Shown here: in pieces, positions 54,231-64,000 of the stretch
Layout of the letters: the number at the start of each line of letters is the position of its first letter
Numbering within the stretch: the stretch's first letter is position 1
DNA from: Octopus sinensis
Taxonomy: Eukaryota
Assembly: GCF_006345805.1 (NCBI RefSeq)
Contig: NC_043009.1
Span: 5,766,001 to 5,830,000 of the forward strand
DNA length: 64,000 bases
Direction: 5' to 3'
Program-made: the position numbers and the translations under genes
Notes under the pieces: model-generated
What the model was told of the DNA's origin: nothing
Databases searched by the model: none
Seen by the model: only the letters and a program-made list of their open reading frames with translations

Positions 54231-56304
54231 CTCAGAATGCTTTATTGAACAACACGTTCATTTAGTTCTCAGGGTTAAAAATATTAAGATACAGATTTTT
54301 CTTTTGTTTTACTTAAGATAAACAGGGTTCTACTCTCAAAGAATGTATATTGATTGTATCTGTCCTTACGAAGTAAAACAGAATGTAAATTTGTAATTAA
54401 AATTCCATTCGTCCACAGGGGAACGTAATATTTCCATAATAAATGAAACCTGATTATTTCATAGTATATCAGTCTCGTCCTGGAATAGTTACACATAGAT
54501 AAAACAGAATGAAGTCGCGCTATTAATGTGAGACGTATCATGAATTGATTTAAATAATATCAGCTAATTTCCTTAAACCAAATACTCAAACGTGTATGTA
54601 ACCCTAAGCAATATGCATTTATTCTTAAGTCTTTTCTTTTCATCGCATAATAAGTTCGAGGTAAATAAACATTGCCCAATAGCACCTATCCGTCTTATTA
54701 TCTACATTCTACTTCTTATCTTTCTTGAATTACAATCACACAGATAATTTACAGAACAAAAGAGAATCGCACCAAATTACCTCTGTATTCCAAATTCTTT
54801 AATTATGCAAACTTATTATTAACTGTCTTCCTACGAGCAATCAGACACATGGTTTTGTTTTTGTACATCAATCGTGTACAGTGGTTAGTTCCGTACAAAA
54901 TCGACAATTCGTACAGGATACATATTTTTATCTGTTTTTGTACCTTCTATTGTTTTATTTTATTTTCTACAAGTTGTGTCAGTCTTCAGAATAGAGCAAT
55001 TCTGACGCATCAACTTCAAATCTTTTAGTCGAACAAATCGCCACTGGTACCTGTTTTTTTTTAAGACTGTTGTTCCCATTTGGCGGCATTTTAAAGGTAG
55101 ATGTCTATTTTCTATGTAACTGAAACGCTATTTTTTTTTAAACTTTCATCATTTTGGGTTAATCGATACCTCCAGACTGAGCAGTTTCAATTTTGTTGAG
55201 CGCCCCTGCTACAATGTATTTATGGCAGGGTAATTCTCAATACCACGAGGAAATATTCATCCACTTACTTGCTTATATAATGACTGTGTCTGTGTGTATG
55301 AGTAAATGTGTGTACGCACGTGCATCTGTAGTTGAATGTATGCCAGTATACACAAACATGGAGAGATCGGTGTGTCTACGTGTGTGTGTGTGTGTGTGTG
55401 TGTGTGCATTTATTTATCCCTACACAGATGTACTTATACAACTATTGTCAATGTGTATATAACAACAGAGATAATATTCATTTAGGCTTTTAATTATTTG
55501 ATTCAGAGGAACTTCGCGATACTGGAGCGAGGAGCTCTGATGTTTAACATATCAAATCACTCACTGTAATTATTTTCAGTCTAATATTTGTTTTATGGAC
55601 TGTTTAAAGAATCTTTACTGCACATAGATCGATCCAATGTGGATAGTTTGGTAATATGAAAGATATGGATGTATATATGATGCACTTTAGATAATCTCCA
55701 TCAACCAATTTCAGTGAAATACAGGAGAGGTCGGCCACAAGATCAAAAATACATGTGCTCGGAGATTGTAAGAGGAATGGAGCCTAAATTTAATACTTTG
55801 GTTGTGAAGCGAAACTATTAGCGTAGCAATGTCAATGTCTCTCTATTTCTCTCATACCCATTCTCTTTTCTCATATATATATATATATATAATAATTATT
55901 TGAGGGAATATGTTTCCTAACTTACAGGGAAAAATTCAATTTAGAAATACTAAATCAAATTTCACAAAATAATATATATATAAATATATATATATATAAA
56001 TTAGAAAAAAGAAAAGAACTTTTATCAATTCAAAATGAGCAATTAAATTACACCATCTAGAAAATAACATATGATAGAAATATTAAAAATAAAATAACAA
56101 TGATATACCGATGATTAAGTAAATTGCAAAATAATAATAAAAACGTTATTCTACCAAATATATACGTTTTTATTATTATTTTGCAATTTACTTAATCATC
56201 GGTATATTATTGTTATTTTATTTTTGATATTTCTATTATCTGAAATTTTAAAGTGGTGTAATTTAATTGTTCATTTTGAATTGATAAAAGGTGTTTTTTT
56301 ACTA

Positions 56305-56408
<104 letters not shown>

Positions 56409-58047
56409 GTATGTATGTGTATATGTATGCATGTATGTATGTATGCTAGGGTGTGGCTGGGAAGCTCCTGGTTTTGGGTATAAGAAAATACAGGAAAACA
56501 TGTTAATTATGAATTTATAAACGTATTCCCCTCTCAGATTCGCACACTTGTTTCTGGTGCCCTTCAGTTTTTCTAATCCCTGTAGAAAATCTCGGAAGGT
56601 TGGGCCTCCAACCATGACTTTCACGATGCCCTTGAAATCAAGAAATCTTTGGTCTGTCCGGGTCTCTCTATATTTATTGTATCGCCCATTATCGGGCCAT
56701 GATATTTTCGTTTCAATTCTAATAATTTTTTGATTACATAAACCTTCACACTTGTATCAAGATGCGACGGTATGCATGCCCCGAGCAAGAAAGCACGAAG
56801 ACATTTTTTTCCCTCGCATCGCTGACTTCATATCTAGTGATACACATCACGTGTTATTAAACTGTCGCCTGCAGTTTCCAAACACGTGAGGCTAAAGAAA
56901 TTTATCACTTATCCAGGTGACACAAGATTAGCGAGGCTAAACATACCTTTGAATTTCAGTTTTGAAATATGTAATACTTTATTCAATTGATTATATCTTT
57001 CCTTGCAAATGTAAGTTAAAAAGTAAAGGATATTGTTGAAAACCAAACGAGATTATTATTGACAAGATGTAGTTATCGCTTACATTACATACAAGATCCA
57101 GTTGAATTACAATCACGCAATGCAAGTAAAATTACATTTGGAATTTATATTTTATATTTTCTCTTCGTATCGAGATATTTCTGTAGACACGAGTAATTTT
57201 TTTAAACTAATCACATGTATATGTGTGTACTTCTGTGTGCATGCGTCTGTGCGTATGTGTTTGTGTAAGTCTATGTACGTTTGTGTGTGTGTACGAGTGT
57301 CTGTGTCCGCGTGTGTCTCTGTGTGTCTGTGTACATGTGTGTGTATGTGTGTATGTCTGTGTGTAGATGTGTGTGACTGAGTTTGTCTCAGAGTATTCCT
57401 ATGTTTGTCCAATCAGTGAATTTCCTACACAATCTCAATGTGGAGTAAGTTTATCTGGATTCTGCCGTTCTCTATATTTTCAATAATTGAATCAAAGACA
57501 ACATGTGATCTCTGAAATATAGAAAAAAATATTTTGATACCCACCGCACAGAAAACACACAATGACAGACACACAAACGCATGCATACAATATATGCTTA
57601 TGTACACTCAAACACATTTATATCTATACACATACACTCACAGATGTATACATACACTTATACATATATTCATGTATATGTACGTGTAGATATACATTTA
57701 TGTGTGTGTTTGTGTATGTGTGATCTATATGTGTGTTTGTATATATGCATGTATATAATGCCCTTTAATGGATAAATAAGTATGGGTGCATACATATACA
57801 GTACACACTCACACACACATACACCGATACAAACACCCACATATATACGTACACACACACGCACACACACATACTCACACACACACACATATATATACAT
57901 ATATATATATACATACATATGTGAATATATTTATTTATATGTATATGTATAATGTACACTCATAGACATATATCTTGATATGTAAATATGTATATACGTT
58001 TATTTGAATAATAGACATACTAGAGAGAACGTGAGAGAAAGAGAAAG

Positions 58048-58099
<52 letters not shown>

Positions 58100-58798
58100 A
58101 TAGAAGAGGAAAAAGCAAAGTGTATATAAATAAGACGTGTTGTACGTGTATTGGTTTAAATTACGATTTAGATTGTAAAACATTGAATGTATTATGAAGA
58201 GAATCGGTAGAATATGGTAACGCACCTATAACAGATCTCTTTGAAATGTTGCCATAGATTACGATATAAAAACCTAAAACACACATCATATCATTTTACA
58301 TCTAATATGTTGAAGCGTAGTACACGAGTAATTGCTTTAGATTATTGAAAGAAAAATCAATAGAAAATTATAAAAATCATTTAATAAGTAGATTCGCAAC
58401 CTTTCCTTCTTTCTTCCATAATTTCATTTTCAAACTTACAAACATATACCTTGACATGAATACGTACTAATCGACAATCGTCGAGATGCACGTGCGCACA
58501 TAGACTCATACACATACGCTCACGCTTGCACACGTGCACAGACACACATCTGCACACAGACATAGACACACAGGCACAGAGATACACAGACATAGACACA
58601 CAGACACAGACACACACAGAAACACGCACACATATATATATATATTTACACAGAGAAAGGGAGATAGAGAAAACGACAATATATGTATGTATGTATGTAT
58701 GTATATATATATATATATATGTATATATATACATACATACATACGTACTTATATATATATATATATATATTTACACACACACATTCACACACACACAC

Positions 58799-58838
<40 letters not shown>

Positions 58839-61049
58839 CTAAAATTTTAATGAAATTGTTCGAAGTTCTTTGTGGGATTGTCTACAACCATGTACGTATT
58901 TATATATGTATCTTATTGTGTGGTATTTAATACGAATAAACAAATGTACTTATAGCCATTTTATCTTATTAACTCATGTAATTTACTACAAGATTCAGTT
59001 CGCGAGAGAATGCTATTCACAAATCTAGGAAGCACCATCTTTTGTGAAAGCTAGAAGACCATCGAGATGGCAGATTTCTTCTTTATCGTGTTGATGTTTT
59101 ATAGCAGAAGAATTTAGTCATTGAAGTTAGAACTTTAGATGTAACGTACAGCTGGTGTGTGTGTGGTATTAGTTCAAATATTTGCACCCAAAGTTCAAAT
59201 CGCATGAAGTTTTTCTTTCTTTTTTTCAAGGTCGACAAAAGCCAAAAAAAAAATGTTTCAGGGTGGTTCGTTGGTCGAATTCATTTCGTCATCGGTCGTG
59301 ATGTTTTACAGCATCAGTTCCGTCGAGGGATTCAAATATTGATCGGCGGTGGGATTTAATCTCCTTTCCGTATACAATGAAAAAAAAACAACTGCAATAA
59401 GTAGAAGGAAATAGTAACCGATATTTGCTGCATTTAAACAATTACACTGCGTACAACAATATTAGGCGAGAAAACAGATCCTTGTCTGATTCTGGTTAAA
59501 TGGATTCTTTTCAGAGACCAAATACATGAAGTGTTATTTCTGATATTTTCAAAGAATTGGCAAGCTGGCAGTTAGTTCAATGGTAATGGATTTAAAAAAG
59601 CAAATGTTGCTTGTTTTAAGTATAATTAGATGTCTACCGAAGCAGCTGAAATTTCTGCCGAATAAAAATCGATCAGCTTCCTGAAATGGTTTTTGTTACT
59701 CTATTCATTTATTGGCACGTTTTCTGCGATGGCGGGTAAGACATGTACCCTGAGATATAATGCAGTTTACGATAGCTAGATAAGCAATTCTCAAGATAAA
59801 TAGTTCATAGCGTTTGCTTGTAGGTGGATAAAACACGTGGTTGAGTTAGAGGATACTGTCGATGTAAAATGTTTTTTACTAGAGAGGCTACCGAATCGGT
59901 TCGTGTCTTACTTGTATTATTCTTGTACCAGCATGTATAGAACTTCATAGATTTCTCCCCCAGATGCGATATTCCCCATTGTCATTCAGTTGTGGTTGTG
60001 CTTGCTTCATGCTCGTGCTTGATAGAACTGGAATCATCCCAGGTTAGTGGTCCCAGAGTCGTCATCATGCGTAGAGCCGACCAGATCCAACAGTGCTTTC
60101 CGTCACTGGCGGTTCTGAGATAAACCATCAGCATCGGGGGTGGGGATGAGATTGTGATTGTAATATATATTTGTATAATATTAGTCGTTGTTTTTACATC
60201 ACAGGGTTTTAGTTTCAGTACTGGCTTTTTAAATCTATCGCTGTGCGCAATTAACGAACGAGTGTCCTTAGTTGTTTTCACGTATTGGATACATCACTTT
60301 ATGTTCGGTACGAAAACTGATCTAAACCTCCATATGTGTTTTGGAATCGGCGAGTACCTTAATTGGAATCTGATTCTGTTTATTTGATAATGGTTTTAAA
60401 TTTTGGCACAAGGCCAGCAAAGACTCCACTAAGCATCTCGTCTGACTTGCTAACGATTCTACCAGCTTGCTGTCTTCGTTTATTTGATTTTAGCTACGTA
60501 TATGGTATTGGTAGATTCATTTTCTATATTAAATCTATTTTAATTCGCAATTTTCAAACTTAGCGTCTTTACTTGTTTGTGTTTTGTTCAGGTAATGTAG
60601 ACTGAATATTTTGGGATCAGTTATGCACTTTATTCACGATATGTGTGCATTTACATTTGCTGTTTCAAGTTATTGTACAATTATAAATATATAATGAGAG
60701 AAAATGGTGGTGCTGGTTTTTTCCTTCGTTACATTTCGTTGACGTATAGTTTTAGTAAATACAAATAGTTTCAGATATTATATTTACATAACGTTCGAGT
60801 GTAGTTTACTTATATAGACACTAAGATGACCTGTGACGATACTTCATTGTTTAACCAGTGGCCATTCTGGCATATTTTATCCAGAACTGAGTAATGTGAT
60901 ACAACCAAAAATAATTTTTCAGACACTTTTGTGGCAATTGACGGAGAGTCTTTTGTTACTCCATGCAGGTCATCCAGCTATACACAGTCTTCCATAATGA
61001 CTTGTATATATACCCATATTTGAAGCTTCAAGTTAGCAGGCTTGTTATG

Positions 61050-61225
61050 GCGTGGAAAACTGTGCCCTGCATTTTGACCCTGGCTGCTTACAACCTGGTT
61101 TCAAATGTGGCCTACATCGACTTTGCCTTTCAAACCTCCTGAGTCGATAAAGTGAAGTAACTGGCGAGTATTGGGCTCGATGTAATTGTCTAATTCTCGC
61201 TTCTAAAAATTTCTGACCTTGCACC
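61050..61225 (-). mobile_element. SINE B' relic
   Basis: tcgactttgcctttcaaacctcctgagtcgataaag is a family B core; gggctcgatgtaattgtc follows. The core reads on the plus strand, so the orientation is uncertain. Confidence 0.5.
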
Positions 61226-61336
61226 AACACTTGCAACGACTTATATCCGTACAAATCAATGATTCTCGACCAGGTCCATATGATACTTCATGGACCATGT
61301 AAGGCTTACTGTTAAAATTTATGTAATATAAATTTC

Positions 61337-61648
61337 TGTGTGGAAAGAAGCCAGCTTCCCAACCACATTGTTCCAGGTTCAGTCCCACTGCGTGGCACCT
61401 TGGTTAGATGTCTTCTGCTATATATATATATATATGTCTGTCTGTCTGCGTCTGTTTTCCCCACCATCGCATGACAATTGATGTTGGTGTGTTTACGTCC
61501 CCATAATTTAGCGGTTCAGCAAAAAAGCCTGATAGACTAAGTACTAGGCTTACAAAGAATAAGTTATGGGGCCGATTAGTTTGACTAAACGCGGTGCTCC
61601 AGCATGACCTCAGTCAAATAACTGAAACAAGTAAAAGAATAAAAAGAA
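61337..61648 (+). mobile_element. SINE family A, internally deleted
   Basis: Head and 3' half joined by a short (AT)n. Confidence 0.85.
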
Positions 61649-62519
61649 ATATACATCTAAAATAGCCAAAATGTTTTAACATTCTTAGGTTCAATTCCTA
61701 ATGATATTTAATTACAGAAATATTACAAGGTTGTTTAAACATTAAAATAGCTACGAGGATCCACCTAAGTAAAATAGAAATCAAAGGCGTCCATTTGTAA
61801 AAAGATGGTTGAGAACTACTTGTATACACTGCCGAGCTTATTTAGAGTTCGTTCAATGGTATCTTTATCTGGATTGCTCTATCAGCTGCGATATTTTTCA
61901 TAGATTCATCTGACTCCATAAAACGAGTTGTGAAATATTCTGTACTTACACTTCAAGGAATGCTTTAATTTCAGTAATAATCATAACTTTCTTGGCACTG
62001 TCACAAAGCGCTGTACACAAGCTTGTTGAAGACAGAGCGGTAAAATATTTCAAGTGCGTCAGTGTAATGTGAGAACTAATAACAGATGCTTCATGAATTA
62101 TTGAATCGATTGGATTCATAATGTAATGCAAATTCTTAAGTAATTAACTATTTTATTGATAACTCGTCCTCCTCTTATAAAGTTGTCAAATTTCAAATCG
62201 TTGTCAAACATATTATTTTTATTTTTCATTTTACTCAAATCTAATAACATCCACCGGGCAAGATATTTATATTAGCTTACTGAGTTTTTATATTTTATTT
62301 GGGAAGTTTTTATAAATTGGCTATAAATTTTCAACGTGTAGTAACTGACATACTGCTTTTCTGACAGCCAGAATGACAAATTACTGCCTGTAAACACAGT
62401 GGACTTCAAAAAGACTTATTTCTGCCGATGTTTATAGCTTTCATTGATTCAAAAGAGTAGGCGCTGTATCCCGCTCAGGCCAAACCTGCCATAACATATG
62501 ACAGTCATGTAATAATTAT

Positions 62520-62578
62520 TAAAGGCGGTGCTCCAGCATGGCCGCAGTCAAATGACTGAAACAAGTAAGAGTAAGAGT
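62520..62578 (+). mobile_element. SINE A 3' tail only
   Basis: aaaggcggtgctccagcatggccgcagtcaaatgactgaaacaagtaagagtaagagt. Confidence 0.85.
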
Positions 62579-63244
62579 ATGTACGCTTCCATTTTCTCAA
62601 ACTCTGTTCGATCATTAGATGATAGTTTCCCAGCAGCCCTTTCGTGGATGAGAGGGGTCAATTTTCTTTTATTTTGGCTTGGTCACTTAGAAAATATCCG
62701 CACCGAATTATACTTCATCTAACTTGATTGAGTCGTCTGTCCGATGTCCTATTTTTATCGCGATGCAACACGATCTGCAACACTAGTTAGTTTCGTTACC
62801 ACCACGTATAATTTTACAACGTTACTGAGGAAATTTACGTTGCGGAGTCCGACACAGTTATACTGACGTCCTTTCATATACTGACGTGGAACCTGCATGG
62901 GATAATTCAAACGGGTTACAAACGAAAACATACAATTCTCTCCGCAGTAGTGGATCAAGAGTCAGTCCATATATAACTGATGGATGTCTACATCAGTATT
63001 TGTCCGAGTTTAAAATCATATCGGTTCGGATAGCGAATGGACGTCTACTCTGTCTCCGGAGAATGCGCGTTGTTACTGTAAATGAAAGTAACCTAGCACC
63101 TAAGTGGCTTCTTGCAAAAAGTTGCAAATATAAACGATTGCACATTTTTCATTGGTACAAGTAGATCTGAGTCCAGCGGAGCCGCGTATATTGTCTGACC
63201 TCTCTATACTGTATTATATGGACGGTTGTAAATTGTTGTGGAAA

Positions 63245-63479
63245 TACTCTCTTTACTCTTTTACTCTTTTACTCTTTTACTAGTTTCAGTCACTTGACTG
63301 CGGCCATACTGGAGAACCGCCTTTAATCGAGCAACTCGACCCCGGGACTTATTCTTTTGTAAGCCCAGTACTTATTCTATCGTTCTCTTTTGCCGAACCG
63401 CTAAGTATCGGGGACATAAGCACACCAGCATCGGTTGTCAAGCAATGCTAGGGGGACAAGCACAGACACACAAACACAC

Positions 63480-63573
<94 letters not shown>

Positions 63574-63755
63574 CATATATATACATATATACGACCGGCT
63601 TCTTTCAGTTTCCGTCTACCAAATCCACTCCGAAGGCTTTGGTCGGCCCGAGTCTATAGTAGAAGACACTTGCCCAAGATGCCACGCAGTGGGACTGAAC
63701 CCGGAACCACGTGGTTGGTAAACAAGCTACTTACCACACAGCCACTCATGCGCCT
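63245..63755 (-). mobile_element. SINE family A, full length, expanded internal (AT)n
   Basis: Homology to other family A copies. Confidence 0.92.
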
Positions 63756-64000
63756 GCCCATAATCAGATAAAGCTGAGCATTCTGAACCGCAAAACCTAT
63801 GATTAGCACTCAGTAACTTCAGGAGTGGTGGGCATGGGAAATTATATATCCTTAAATAACCCAAACTACGACATGTCTCAACTGGTTACAACTTTGCCTA
63901 CTAGCTGGTAACACTGTAACACAGATGTGACTACGCTACGAGGATTTGATGGTAACCAATACATTTCTAATTGAGAGACATACGACGCGTTTTCTGAACC

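Overview
AT-rich eukaryotic, mostly non-coding DNA with no prokaryotic features (no operons, CRISPR arrays, rRNA or intact tRNA genes). The repeat families and the (AT)n/(AAT)n/(GAT)n density look like an octopod cephalopod genome; this is inferred from recalled repeat families, not from a search. Most ORF-track entries are translations of microsatellites. The window contains: (i) at least four tRNA-headed SINE families (about 30 copies, labelled A-D here); (ii) four coding relics of Penelope-like elements (PLEs; GIY-YIG endonuclease and/or RT) plus several PLE terminal-repeat-like pieces; (iii) R4/Dong-like and CR1-like LINE relics, mariner relics and foldback/MITE-like elements. No host gene could be recognised with confidence; a few candidate small exons are listed at low confidence. 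The strongest hidden signal is a set of hammerhead ribozyme (HHR) motifs: a near-canonical one at 40697-40745, a palindrome carrying one HHR on each strand at 15842-16037, and related copies at 15272-15332 and 2616-2676. Several lie in a dense PLE nest at 12.9-16.0 kb whose members abut (AT)n tracts. HHRs in PLE termini are established biology; what may be new is the specific architecture. All coordinates, folds and translations were read by eye.
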